Shown: positions 18,418 to 27,485, counted from the stretch's first letter. The stretch: DNA of 32,000 nt from Ignicoccus hospitalis KIN4/I (GCF_000017945.1 NC_009776.1:1230001-1262000); one strand, 5' to 3'. The notes: generated from the letters alone by a model not told the origin. Numbers and translations: made by a program.

Positions 18418-19353
18418 TTGCATCTGAAAGGCCGCAGCATGTTGACGTTGCTGGATTTCGCCGAGGACGAAATAAAATTCATCGTAGATACCGCCCTGCA
18501 GATGAAGAGGGAGAACTACGCCGGGAGGCGGTACTGGGGCCTCTTAGAAGGTCGTCACTTGGCCTTGTTGTTCGAAAAGCCCAGCACGAGGACCAGAGTG
18601 GCCTTCGAAGTCGCAGCGAGTCAGCTGGGCATGAGCGTAAGCTACGTAACGAAGTCTGACAGCCAGCTGTCAAGGGGGGAACCCCTCAAGGACGCCGCGA
18701 GGGTCCTAGGAAGGTACGTAGACGCTATAGCGGCCAGGGTGAAGAGGCACGAAGACCTAGAAACCCTGGTCGAGCACTCGGGCGTCCCAGTCATAAACGC
18801 TCTAAGCGATAAGTTCCACCCGACCCAAGCGATAGCAGACGTGATGACCATACTGGAAAAGTTGGGCAGAGTCCGCGGGGTAAAGATAGCCTTCGTGGGA
18901 GACGGGGCCGACAACGTGGCCCACAGCCTAGCCCTAGCGGCGACCAGCTTGGGCGCCGACGTAAGAATAGTAACTGCTCCCGGGTACGAGCCGCTGGACG
19001 CGGTGATCGCAGCCGCTGAGGAGAGGGCCCGGAGGAGCGGGGGGAGCTTCGAGCTCGTGTACGACCCTTGTAAAGGGGTGAAAGGGGCAGACGTCGTGTA
19101 TACTGACGTGTGGGTGAGCATGGGTCTCGAGGCGGAGAGGGAGAAGAGGCTTAGGGACTTAAGACCTTACCAAGTCAACTCAGAGCTCTTGAAGTGCGTA
19201 GGAAAGGACTACATATTCATGCACTGTTTACCCGCGCACAGGGGCGAGGAGGTAACCGAAGAGGTCTTGGAGTCCAGCAGAAGCGTCGTGTGGGATCAAG
19301 CTGAAAACAAGCTCCATGCTCAGAGAGCGGTCTTGGCCCTTTTGGTCCCCTAA
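18418..19353 (+). CDS. argF: Ornithine carbamoyltransferase
   Basis: FEKPSTRTR carbamoyl-phosphate motif, HPTQAIADVMT, FMHCLPAHRGEEV. TTG start at 18418 supported by homologous LKGRSMLTLLDF N-terminus. Confidence 0.93.
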   Translation: MHLKGRSMLTLLDFAEDEIKFIVDTALQMKRENYAGRRYWGLLEGRHLALLFEKPSTRTRVAFEVAASQLGMSVSYVTKSDSQLSRGEPLKDAARVLGRYVDAIAARVKRHEDLETLVEHSGVPVINALSDKFHPTQAIADVMTILEKLGRVRGVKIAFVGDGADNVAHSLALAATSLGADVRIVTAPGYEPLDAVIAAAEERARRSGGSFELVYDPCKGVKGADVVYTDVWVSMGLEAEREKRLRDLRPYQVNSELLKCVGKDYIFMHCLPAHRGEEVTEEVLESSRSVVWDQAENKLHAQRAVLALLVP

Positions 19354-20147
19354 TCCTTCAAGGTTATCCAACGGGTAAAGGAGTCAGAGAACAAGTGCTT
19401 CGGCCTCTTACCACAACACCACAAGAAGGCGCCCAGCGCTCCGGAGTACTTCCCGCAAGCCTCGCTGGGGCAGAGTACCTCCTCTCCCACGAAAGTTGGT
19501 CGGTAGAAATCGAGCCACGCCTCCACGACCCTCTCGTCAACGCCGGAGCGCAGTATGGAGCCCTTATCCTTGGGCCATTCCTTATAGATCAATAACAGCT
19601 CGGCGTCCACCAACCCTGGCGAACAACGGCCGGGCATGCCTCTAGTTGCGCTCACGAACTTCGTGATAGCTCCGTCCTCCACGTACAGTATACTCACAAA
19701 GCAACCCTTATCTACCATCGTGAAGGTCCTCTTCCCGTTATGTATCAAGTAGTTTGCCTTAGCCACCTTGTCAGGGGTGCCGCTGTCCAAGGCGTTTATC
19801 AAAAGGCCCTCGGGCACCTCGCCCGAGGCCCCGGCGGAGGGGAGCAAGGTCGTTTCGAAGTAAGCGAGCGCAGCGGTCAAGAGTCTTCGAAGGCCGTGGG
19901 TCTCCTCTCTCCCGGCGTTTGGCACTACCTCGTCGTACAGCCTGGAAAGGGCTTCGTGGTCCTTAACCTCTCTCCACTGATAGCCCCCCGCCAAGCAGAG
20001 CTCCTTTACCCCTATACCCTTTAAGAACTTCAGTGCCTCTTCGATCTCATTTTTAGAGAACTCGAGGTACCCTAAGACGTGTGGGCACCTACCGTAGACC
20101 GCTCGTATGCCCCTCGTCCCTACGTCTACTCCCGCCGAGGTGGGCAA
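19350..20147 (-). CDS. DUF1464-like conserved archaeal protein (ASKHA/sugar-kinase-like fold)
   Basis: SAGVDVGTRGIRAVYG phosphate-1-like motif and ATRGMPGRCSPGLVDAELLLI region. Confidence 0.5.
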   Translation of the reverse strand: MPTSAGVDVGTRGIRAVYGRCPHVLGYLEFSKNEIEEALKFLKGIGVKELCLAGGYQWREVKDHEALSRLYDEVVPNAGREETHGLRRLLTAALAYFETTLLPSAGASGEVPEGLLINALDSGTPDKVAKANYLIHNGKRTFTMVDKGCFVSILYVEDGAITKFVSATRGMPGRCSPGLVDAELLLIYKEWPKDKGSILRSGVDERVVEAWLDFYRPTFVGEEVLCPSEACGKYSGALGAFLWCCGKRPKHLFSDSFTRWITLKD

Positions 20148-20559
20148 ACGGGTTCTCCCTCTTAACTGGTAAGTTTAAGTATTTGAAGACGCTGCTGACG
20201 AAGTAGTGGTACGCCGGGTCGCCGTAGGAGGACCTCAGCTTGAGCTTCCGGTAGGAGGCCTTGTAAACCAGTTTGCCCCTGTCGTAAACCTCCGCCGAAC
20301 CAGAGACTCGGTCCCGCGCGTTCTTCTTGAGCTCTAAGACGACAACCACCTCCTCCCCCTTGTAAGGGACGCTGACCTCTCCCCCTCGGCCCCGCGAGTA
20401 GACCTCGGGCTTGCCCTCCGGTGGTTGGTACTCGGCGACTACCCTCCCGGAGTGATCCACTACGAAGGCCAATCTCAAGAAGGCGTGTTTGCCGGACTTG
20501 CTCTTGGAGCGTTCCAGCCACACGGGCAACACGAACTCAGCTCGGCTTTTCTTCATCAT
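20089..20559 (-). CDS. Hypothetical protein
   Basis: 156-aa ORF MMKKSRAEFVLPVWLERSKSKSGKHAFLRLAFVVDHSGRVVAEYQPPEG..., upstream of the DUF1464-like gene and overlapping it by 59 bp. Confidence 0.55.
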   Translation of the reverse strand: MMKKSRAEFVLPVWLERSKSKSGKHAFLRLAFVVDHSGRVVAEYQPPEGKPEVYSRGRGGEVSVPYKGEEVVVVLELKKNARDRVSGSAEVYDRGKLVYKASYRKLKLRSSYGDPAYHYFVSSVFKYLNLPVKRENPFAHLGGSRRRDEGHTSGLR

Positions 20560-20612
20560 TGGTCTCAGCCAACCCTGCGGACTTCATCGTTCAATAAAGG
20601 CGTAGCTCTCAA

Positions 20613-20622
20613 AATTTATAAG
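20613..20622 (+). promoter_or_regulatory. TATA box for tRNA-Ile
   Basis: AATTTATAAG about 26 bp upstream of the tRNA 5' end (20644). Confidence 0.6.
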
Positions 20623-20643
20623 GTGATCGTAGTCACCTTCGGC

Positions 20644-20717
20644 GGGCCCGTAGCTTAGCCCGGCAGAGCGCCCGGCTGATAACCGGGAGGCCGGGGGTTC
20701 AAATCCCCCCGGGCCCA
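20644..20717 (+). tRNA. tRNA-Ile(GAU), CCA not encoded
   Basis: Acceptor GGGCCCG/CGGGCCC, A73, anticodon stem CCCGG/CCGGG around CTGATAA (anticodon GAT), T arm GGGGGTTCAAATCCCCC; followed by CTA rather than CCA. Confidence 0.94.
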
Positions 20718-20760
20718 CTAAACCTCCCGCCCAATCACCTCAAAGCGGGAAGGAGAGGCT

Positions 20761-21969
20761 TTGCCCGGCTTGAAGAAGCTACACCCCGTCCCCTACGTGA
20801 TTGACGAAATAAGCAAGAGGTTGGGCCCCGCACCGCTCGAGAGGATCAAGACAGTAGAATCAGTGGGCATGTTCTCGGGCTCAGACGTGAGGGCCTCACA
20901 AGACGTCCCTCCAGAAGACAAGGCCGTCTTGGACGGGTTCGCGGTGAACAGCGAATTCGTAGAGGACTGCAGCGAGACGTCGCCGTGTAAGTTGAAGTTG
21001 TGTGGGGAGGCTGAGGGCGGCTGTGCGGTCCCGGTCAACACGGGTAACCCCTTGCCGCCGGGAGCTGACACGGTAGTGCCCATCGAGGCTTGTAAGGTCG
21101 AGGACGGCGAGGTATACGTCTTCCGCCCCTTCCCGCCGGGCAACGCGATAGCGAAGAGGGGGGAGGACCTAAAGTCTGGGGACACAATAATAACGAAAGG
21201 AACGTACCTCAGGCCTTGGCACGTGGCCGCCTTGTTATCTCAAGGGGTAGTCGAGGTAGACGTGGTAGCGCCCAAAATAGCCTTAGCGGCCACGGGTTCG
21301 GAATTGGTAGAGCCGTGGGAGGAGAGGGAAGGCGTGAAGAACACCACGGCGTGGCTGGCCTCCTCTTTCTTTAAAGAGAGGATGGGCATCAAAGTGGATT
21401 ACTTCGGCATAATTGAAGACGACAAAGAAGCTATAAGAGAGTTCTTCGAGAAGAAGGTGAAGGAGGGCTACGACATTGTAATGACCACCGGGGGGACCTC
21501 CGTCGGTCGCGTCGACTTCACCTCGTCCGCGCTGAAAGAGGTCTCTGAGTTCAGCCTTCACGGCGTCGCCCTCACCCCGGGCAGGCCCCTCGCCGTGGGG
21601 GTGAGCGAGGGCGGCAAGCTGTTGGTAGCCCTTTCCGGCTACCCCGTGGCCGCGCTCAGCGAGCTTGAGGTCGTCGTGTGGAACATCCTAAAGAGGGCTT
21701 GGGGTCTCAAGGAGCCCCCGAGGCCCAAGGTTAAGGCGAAGCTGGCTAGGAGGCTGCCGGTCCAACCCAACATGGTCCACGTCTACAGGGTAGTCGTGAG
21801 GAAGGTCGGTGAGGAGTACGTCGTAGAGCCCTTGAGGCTCACGGGTTCGGGTATTCTCTCGTCACTACTCAAGGGAAACGGGATCTTGGTGGCGGGTCTC
21901 AAGGGCGAGACCGGGTACGACGTGGGCGCCGAAGTCGAGGTAGAGTTGATCTCCGAGGTGTTAGAGTGA
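20761..21969 (+). CDS. moeA: Molybdopterin molybdenumtransferase MoeA
   Basis: DVPPEDKAVLDGFAV, NTGNPLPPGADTVVPIE, ATGSELVEPWE, TTGGTSVGRVDF, LSGYPVAALSEL: characteristic MoeA motifs. Confidence 0.92.
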   Translation: MPGLKKLHPVPYVIDEISKRLGPAPLERIKTVESVGMFSGSDVRASQDVPPEDKAVLDGFAVNSEFVEDCSETSPCKLKLCGEAEGGCAVPVNTGNPLPPGADTVVPIEACKVEDGEVYVFRPFPPGNAIAKRGEDLKSGDTIITKGTYLRPWHVAALLSQGVVEVDVVAPKIALAATGSELVEPWEEREGVKNTTAWLASSFFKERMGIKVDYFGIIEDDKEAIREFFEKKVKEGYDIVMTTGGTSVGRVDFTSSALKEVSEFSLHGVALTPGRPLAVGVSEGGKLLVALSGYPVAALSELEVVVWNILKRAWGLKEPPRPKVKAKLARRLPVQPNMVHVYRVVVRKVGEEYVVEPLRLTGSGILSSLLKGNGILVAGLKGETGYDVGAEVEVELISEVLE

Positions 21970-21981
21970 GTGGTCAACTCG

Positions 21982-22098
21982 TGGCGCCGGGGGCGGGATT
22001 CGAACCCGCGCGCCCCTGATTGGGGCAGTGGGTCTCTCGGTCGCTTCGGGCGCTGGAGGTCTCGAGCCCACCCCCTTGGGCCGCTCGGGCACCCCGGC
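21982..22098 (-). tRNA. tRNA-Ser(CGA) with 27-nt intron, CCA encoded
   Basis: Minus strand GCCGGGGTGCCCGAGCGGCCCAAGGGGGTGGGCTCGAG[intron]ACCCACTGCCCCAATCAGGGGCGCGCGGGTTCGAATCCCGCCCCCGGCGCCA. Intron 22034..22060; mature loop CTCGAGA (anticodon CGA). Confidence 0.93.
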
Positions 22099-22120
22099 GT
22101 TGTGAGCTCAGCGGCTTCCC

Positions 22121-22130
22121 CTTATTAAGT
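22121..22130 (-). promoter_or_regulatory. TATA box for tRNA-Ser(CGA), overlapping the nadE stop codon
   Basis: Minus strand ACTTAATAAG centred about 27 bp upstream of the tRNA 5' end (22098). Confidence 0.5.
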
Positions 22131-22952
22131 TAGCAGCGCATCCGCCTCCTCGACGAACTCGAAGGCTGTCCTTCTCGTTACTTTGACGATTGGAGGAGTT
22201 ATGAGTTTATGCTTATTTAACTTTATCCTTTGGATTATTCTGTCCACGATTTCTTTGTCTACTCCTAACCTCTCCACTATTTCTTGGGGCCTCATACCGT
22301 TCTCAACGAGATTGTAGAGGACCACGTCGGCTACCTCGTAACTAAAGCCCAACTCCTCCTCAGCCAAATGGCCGGGCCAGAGGCGGGGGCTCGAAGGCTT
22401 CAATGCCACGTCCTCCGGCAAGCCCATGTGCAACGCGAGCTTCCTTACCCAGGTCTTGTAAAGGTCCCCTATGGGGAAGACGTCCGCACAGCCGTCGCCG
22501 CACTTGGTGAAGTAGCCCAACAAGAACTCGCTCTTGTCCCCGGTGCCTACGACTATGCCGTCCTTGTGAGCTACGGCGTAGAGTATGGTCATCCTTATCC
22601 TTGCTAGGGTGTTGCCTCTCACGACCCTGTCGTCGACCTTTAGTAGGTCGTCGAAAGCTCGGAGGGCCGGCTCTACGTCAATCACTCTCACGTCCTCGAT
22701 GCCGAGGAGCCGGGCGACGCGCTTGGCGTCTTCCACGTCTTTCTCTGGTGTAGAGGCGGAGGGCAAGATAAGCGCTCGCACCCTCTCGGGGCCTAAAGCC
22801 TCGCTCAGTAACGCCGCAGTAACCGCGGAATCAACCCCGCCGCTAAGCCCTATTACGGCCACCCTCCCGGTTCGCTGGAAGAAATCCTTCAGCCACCCTA
22901 CTATCCTCTTCCTAACAGAGTCCCAGTCCGGCTCCGGCAGTTTCATTCTCAT
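22125..22952 (-). CDS. nadE: NH3-dependent NAD+ synthetase
   Basis: VIGLSGGVDSAVTAALL PP-loop, VVGTGDKSEFLLGYFTKCGDGCADVFPIGDLYKTWVRKLA, KPSSPRLWPGHLAEEELGF. Confidence 0.95.
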   Translation of the reverse strand: MRMKLPEPDWDSVRKRIVGWLKDFFQRTGRVAVIGLSGGVDSAVTAALLSEALGPERVRALILPSASTPEKDVEDAKRVARLLGIEDVRVIDVEPALRAFDDLLKVDDRVVRGNTLARIRMTILYAVAHKDGIVVGTGDKSEFLLGYFTKCGDGCADVFPIGDLYKTWVRKLALHMGLPEDVALKPSSPRLWPGHLAEEELGFSYEVADVVLYNLVENGMRPQEIVERLGVDKEIVDRIIQRIKLNKHKLITPPIVKVTRRTAFEFVEEADALLT

Positions 22953-22988
22953 AACCGAGCCTTTGTAACTTGGTCCTTAATATAAAGC

Positions 22989-24974
22989 TCACTTCCAACG
23001 GGAGGCCCTATACTCTTGTAAGAGTTTTTCGAGGTCTTCTACTTGCATCTGCCTCATAGACTTCAGTTTCTCCATTCTCTCGTTCCACTCGTCTTTAAGG
23101 TCAATGGGAAGGACGGCATACCTACCGTAGACCTCGCCCGACGCCGTTATTACGGGGATCCCCCTATCCTCTAATTCTTTCTTAGTCTTCTCATTTATCT
23201 CAGAGGCAAATAACATTATATTATTCTCTAATATCTTTTCTATGAAGTCTTCGTTTAGCGCTTCCACCTTGTTCGCTAAGATCGCCCTCGTGGGTAGCTC
23301 CTCTATTTCGTGTTCCGGGAACTTGGAAGTAAAAGTAATGTCGTCCAAGTACAAGGCTACGAACGCCTCACCTCTCTCGACCTTTAACGCCGCCTCCCCG
23401 GCCTTCTCCAACAACGAGCTCAGTTCCTCGTTAATCCTCTGGAGCTCCTCAACCTTACGCGTCAGCTGGGAGTAACTCTCCTTTATCGAGGATACCTTCC
23501 TCTCCACTTCGTCCTCTATCTGTCTCCTAATTAGGTTCAGTTCCAAGTTTAGCTTCTCAATTGTAGCTTCTAACTCCTTAATCTTTAGCTTTAGGCTAAC
23601 GTTCTCGGCCTCTAGGTACGCTAGTTTTAAGGCGCTCTTCAGGCCGCCGCCCTCGAGGTCGTTCCTCTTAGGTTGTTGAGCTGTAGGGTAGACGTCTTCT
23701 TCGCCCCCCTCTTCTTTTATAAGTTCACCTATCTCTTCTTCAACCACGTCCGCTATCGAACGTCCTTCTTTCAAGACGCTGAGGCGCACTCTATCTCTAT
23801 CGACGTCGAGTCCTATTCTCTCCAAGTAGTTCTCTACTTTTTCTATCTTACCCTTTATCGCATTGAGGGCCTTGTGCGCCGCCGCCAACGCGTCCCTTTG
23901 GTGGCTGTCCTCCACGTTGACCCCTCTAGCCCGGTACTCCTCCGCTATCCTCTCCTTCTCCTTGACGCTTAAGGAGTTCTTAGGATAATATAACTCCGCG
24001 TTGAGCGTCGCGGCGAGCTTCTTCGCGGTGTGGGAGGGGGGACTAGTATCAGTAGCAATAATTATAGGTAGTCCGAACTTGTTTATCAGAGATACTAGCT
24101 CGCCCCTATCTGCATTCTTGAACGAGCCTAAGAAGAGGACCTCGCCTTCTACGTTCAATATAGCCAGTCCGGTCTTTATGCCGGGGTCAATGCCTACGAC
24201 GAGTAGCTCTTTTGTCCTTTGTTCTTCGTCTTCGAACATAAATTTGCGCGTGACGACCGGTCTAACCTTTACGCGCACCGCGCTGCTGCTGACCGGCTTA
24301 ACGAGCCCCTCTAGGGACTTTCGCGGGGCGTAGACGATAAAGGTTGCAGAATCTATAGAGCCGTCACTCTTCCTTATGAAGAGGTCGTAGTCAAGTCCCT
24401 CCTTTTCCAAGGTTGACTTTATTTCGTTCACTGTCTCGATTACCGCGTTCCTAGTGGCCCTTACAAAGCGATTCATACTGCTCCCGCCGGCTCTGGGAGT
24501 TCGACCCTTCGTCACAATGATCTTGGTCTTCTCTTCGAAAACTTTGACCTTTGTGCCTACGCCCTTGAGAGCCAAAAAGGCCAGTGCCAGCGCCGTTTCC
24601 CGGGGCGTGAGCTTCTCCGAGGTGAAACGCATTCCGTGAACCTTCAAGAGTTCCCTTAGGTCGACGAACTCCCCGTCCACCCGAGTTACTTGTACCACTT
24701 CAGTCTCTGGGGGAATCAAGTTCAAGAACTTGATCAATTCCCTCTGGTTCTCACCTAGTTCCGTTAAGTTGTCGACGGCAATCAGTTTCGGCCTGAACTC
24801 CCAGAGTATGCGTATGAGCTTCTTAATGTCAACCCTCTTATCTATGATTACTTTCCCGTCGCAGTCGACTAACACCAAGTGGAACTTTCCCTTAATCCCC
24901 GGCGGAGAGCCCGGCTCTAGGTCAACCGCTACCACTGGGCAATTCTTTGAGCCTTCTGACCACCTCATCAACAT
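22989..24974 (-). CDS. DUF460 family archaeal protein (RNase H-fold nuclease-like with coiled coil)
   Basis: VVAVDLEPGSPPG, LLVVGIDPGIKTGLAILNVEGEV, VEDSHQRDALAAAHKAL, coiled coil, C-terminal domain typical of DUF460. Confidence 0.8.
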   Translation of the reverse strand: MLMRWSEGSKNCPVVAVDLEPGSPPGIKGKFHLVLVDCDGKVIIDKRVDIKKLIRILWEFRPKLIAVDNLTELGENQRELIKFLNLIPPETEVVQVTRVDGEFVDLRELLKVHGMRFTSEKLTPRETALALAFLALKGVGTKVKVFEEKTKIIVTKGRTPRAGGSSMNRFVRATRNAVIETVNEIKSTLEKEGLDYDLFIRKSDGSIDSATFIVYAPRKSLEGLVKPVSSSAVRVKVRPVVTRKFMFEDEEQRTKELLVVGIDPGIKTGLAILNVEGEVLFLGSFKNADRGELVSLINKFGLPIIIATDTSPPSHTAKKLAATLNAELYYPKNSLSVKEKERIAEEYRARGVNVEDSHQRDALAAAHKALNAIKGKIEKVENYLERIGLDVDRDRVRLSVLKEGRSIADVVEEEIGELIKEEGGEEDVYPTAQQPKRNDLEGGGLKSALKLAYLEAENVSLKLKIKELEATIEKLNLELNLIRRQIEDEVERKVSSIKESYSQLTRKVEELQRINEELSSLLEKAGEAALKVERGEAFVALYLDDITFTSKFPEHEIEELPTRAILANKVEALNEDFIEKILENNIMLFASEINEKTKKELEDRGIPVITASGEVYGRYAVLPIDLKDEWNERMEKLKSMRQMQVEDLEKLLQEYRASRWK

Positions 24975-25809
24975 CTAAGGGGATACCGTATACTTTCTTA
25001 AAAAATCTTACCACGTACTCTACGTCCCTCCTCAACAACCTCTCAGCTAGCGGGCTATCTTTCTCTACGTACTGTGGCCAATCTATTATGAAGGCCTCAG
25101 AGGTAGAGGGAACTACTATTATGTTATACTCGCTCAAGTCGCCGTGCACTATACCTACGTCTTTGTACGCGATTTCTATTGTAACCAGCACGTCCTCAAG
25201 TGCCTTTAAAGGGTCGGGGATGTCGGGCTTGGTGTAAAGTTCGACGGCCCCCTCTATCAGTTCGGTGACCACTACGTGCCTACTCTTATCAACAGGTTTG
25301 GGAACCTTCGCGCCCCTAGGATATAACTCTTTGAGTGCCGCGAACTCCCTGCTAGCCGACACCTTAGACTGGAGGAGCCAACTGTCCTCCAATTTGTAAG
25401 GCCTGTTCCTTGCCACGTGCCTAAAGCTCTTCCTTCCGACCCTGTGAAACTTAACCGCAAGCCTCTTTCCGCCGGGGGCTATTCCGAGATATACGTCGCT
25501 CTCCTTCCCGACCCCTATCTTGTCGCCTATCTCGGCTAAGACCCCCCTCTTCATGAGGGTATGAATGGCCAAGACGTCGTAGGCCAAAATGGTGAGCCTG
25601 TATCCCAAACTGCTCCCGCTCATCCTCCTCAAGAGCTTGAGCTTGTTGAGGTGGTAGAGACTCCTCTCCAACCTGTGAAGGGGGAGTTTGGTCTCCTTCT
25701 CGAGGATCTCCACCGGGACGAACTCATGCGTCTTAAGTCTCCTCTCAATTGCCTTGAGAACCTTTATGTCGTCCTCTGTCAGTTGAGCATATATCTCCTT
25801 CAGGTTCAA
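24922..25809 (-). CDS. rio2: RIO2-type serine/threonine protein kinase
   Basis: N-terminal winged helix; GVGKESDVYLG, LAVKFHRVGRKSFR, VHGDLSEYNIIV, FIIDWPQYV. Confidence 0.93.
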   Translation of the reverse strand: MNLKEIYAQLTEDDIKVLKAIERRLKTHEFVPVEILEKETKLPLHRLERSLYHLNKLKLLRRMSGSSLGYRLTILAYDVLAIHTLMKRGVLAEIGDKIGVGKESDVYLGIAPGGKRLAVKFHRVGRKSFRHVARNRPYKLEDSWLLQSKVSASREFAALKELYPRGAKVPKPVDKSRHVVVTELIEGAVELYTKPDIPDPLKALEDVLVTIEIAYKDVGIVHGDLSEYNIIVVPSTSEAFIIDWPQYVEKDSPLAERLLRRDVEYVVRFFKKVYGIPLDVDEVVRRLKELPSGSG

Positions 25810-26665
25810 CTGGCTCCCCGGAGAGCGCCTCTAGGAATTGTTGTAAGTTTTCCGTGACCTTTACCTTGGAGTTCTCCAGAGTCTTCGGGACGTCGCTGTA
25901 ACCCACAGCAACGGACATCCTATCGATGATCTCGCTTAACTCGGCGAACCACTCGAGCTCCTCGTCGCCGTGCGGGACTACCGCGGTGAACTTCACCCCT
26001 CTCGCCTCGCCCCCCACGCTTACGTTTCCCTTTGGAACGTGAATTGAGTCCGTCACCTCCATCAACTCCCTCTCCAGCGGGGTATGGGGCTCCACCTTCA
26101 GCTCGATACCTTGGAACTCTTCAAGGTTTACGGGCTTTAACACCTCGTCTCCTACGAGCTCTGCTAGTCTTATGGCGGTGTCTACGCTCACGTCCTTGTT
26201 ACCCCTTATGTAGTCGTACACGGACTTCCGACTGACCCCCAAGTAGTTGGCCAACTCACCCATGCTTATCCCCATCTCCTCACATAACTCCTTCAACCTC
26301 TTGCTGTCTATAGATACCGTGAAGATAGATTTTTTCTTCCTTATGTAGATCTTGTTCCCCTTCAGTATGTTTTCGAACGTCTCTAAATTCACCACCGCGA
26401 CTCCGTACTTCTCGTAAACGACGTCCTCTAAGAGCTCCTCGTCTCCGGACTTTTTGGCGACCAGCAAGGGCTTCGCGCCTATACCCTTCGCCAACATCGT
26501 CAGCGTCCCTACCTTTCTCTTGCTTACCTTTGCGCTGTTCTCCACACCCAGTACTACGAACACGTCGTCGTTGGACCTCACGACTACGTCGCTCACCTTT
26601 CCGTTTTCTATGTATTTATACTTCTCCACGATCCTAACCAAATCCTTTCGGAGGGACATCTTCAC
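25745..26665 (-). CDS. Archaeal XRE-type HTH transcriptional regulator (COG1395-like)
   Basis: N-terminal nuclease-like domain followed by HTH: RLKELCEEMGISMGELANYLGVSRKSVYDYIRGNKDVSVDTAIRLAELVG. Confidence 0.8.
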   Translation of the reverse strand: MKMSLRKDLVRIVEKYKYIENGKVSDVVVRSNDDVFVVLGVENSAKVSKRKVGTLTMLAKGIGAKPLLVAKKSGDEELLEDVVYEKYGVAVVNLETFENILKGNKIYIRKKKSIFTVSIDSKRLKELCEEMGISMGELANYLGVSRKSVYDYIRGNKDVSVDTAIRLAELVGDEVLKPVNLEEFQGIELKVEPHTPLERELMEVTDSIHVPKGNVSVGGEARGVKFTAVVPHGDEELEWFAELSEIIDRMSVAVGYSDVPKTLENSKVKVTENLQQFLEALSGEPVEPEGDICSTDRGRHKGSQGN

Positions 26666-27080
26666 CGACCCCCACGAGGCGGGCCACGTCTACCTCGAAT
26701 ATTATGAAAACCAAGCTGGAGAATCGAGTTATTAACCTCTCCAAGTGGTATAACCGTAAGGGTTCTTCCTTGTCTATGCCTACGAGCCTCCTCACGGCCT
26801 TTTCATCCCATTCGGAACCTAGTACCTTCACGACCCCCGTGAGCGGCTCGTAGGCCAGTAGCAGAGGTACTCTCACGACCCACTTCATCCAAGAGGGTAA
26901 TAAGTTTATCATCTCGTTGAGCTCGTCTGTATCCATTAAGTGCTCGCTCCCGTCCCTTAGCTTTATGAGTCTCCTGCCTTCGGCAGCGGCCTTGAGTAGT
27001 ACCCTTTCTTGGGGCACGCTCTGATTGATCGATCGGAACTCCTCGATGACGTTTCTTACTACTCCGTTCGCGTCCGTCAT
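26634..27080 (-). CDS. DUF61-like archaeal protein
   Basis: RRLIKLRDGSEHLMDTDELNEMINLLPSWMKWVVRVPLLLAYEPLTGVVKVLGSEWDEKAVRRLVG matches the DUF61 pattern as remembered. Confidence 0.6.
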   Translation of the reverse strand: MTDANGVVRNVIEEFRSINQSVPQERVLLKAAAEGRRLIKLRDGSEHLMDTDELNEMINLLPSWMKWVVRVPLLLAYEPLTGVVKVLGSEWDEKAVRRLVGIDKEEPLRLYHLERLITRFSSLVFIIFEVDVARLVGVGEDVPPKGFG

Positions 27081-27128
27081 GCTATCATTTACTTTAACGC
27101 TGGAGGGGGAGTTTATAGTAATGTGTAT

Positions 27129-27485
27129 CTACACGCCCTCGCCCTCGAATTCTTTCTCTATTTCGTCCAAGTCTAGCTCGATAACTTCGCCCTCCCGAGC
27201 TTCTTGTACTTCCGACTTCCGCTTGACCTCGTCTTTTATCTCCTTCTTCTTGCCCCTGGCTTCGACCTCGACCTCGTCGTTTCCTATCTTGATCTTGGAA
27301 ACTACGCCCCTCCACTTATATCCGCAGTTGGGACACTCAAAAGAGCCCATTACGGTTACCGTTATCCTTCCTTTGGAGTCCGGAAGGGGCGAGACTAACT
27401 GCCACGTCTTCTTGGGTTCACTAACCCTAGTGCCACACTTCGGGCACACGAAGGGGTCTTTCTTTTTCTTGCTCTTCCGCGCCAT
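27129..27485 (-). CDS. Archaeal zinc-ribbon protein
   Basis: ARKSKKKKDPFVCPKCGTRVSEPKK...SFECPNCGYKWRG. Track start 27503; likely ATG at 27485. Confidence 0.7.
   Translation of the reverse strand: MARKSKKKKDPFVCPKCGTRVSEPKKTWQLVSPLPDSKGRITVTVMGSFECPNCGYKWRGVVSKIKIGNDEVEVEARGKKKEIKDEVKRKSEVQEAREGEVIELDLDEIEKEFEGEGV

Noticed and set aside
21982-22098. Possible tRNA pseudogene because of the interrupted anticodon arm
   Set aside because: Removing a 27-nt segment with BHB junctions restores a perfect tRNA-Ser(CGA), so it is an intron-containing functional gene.
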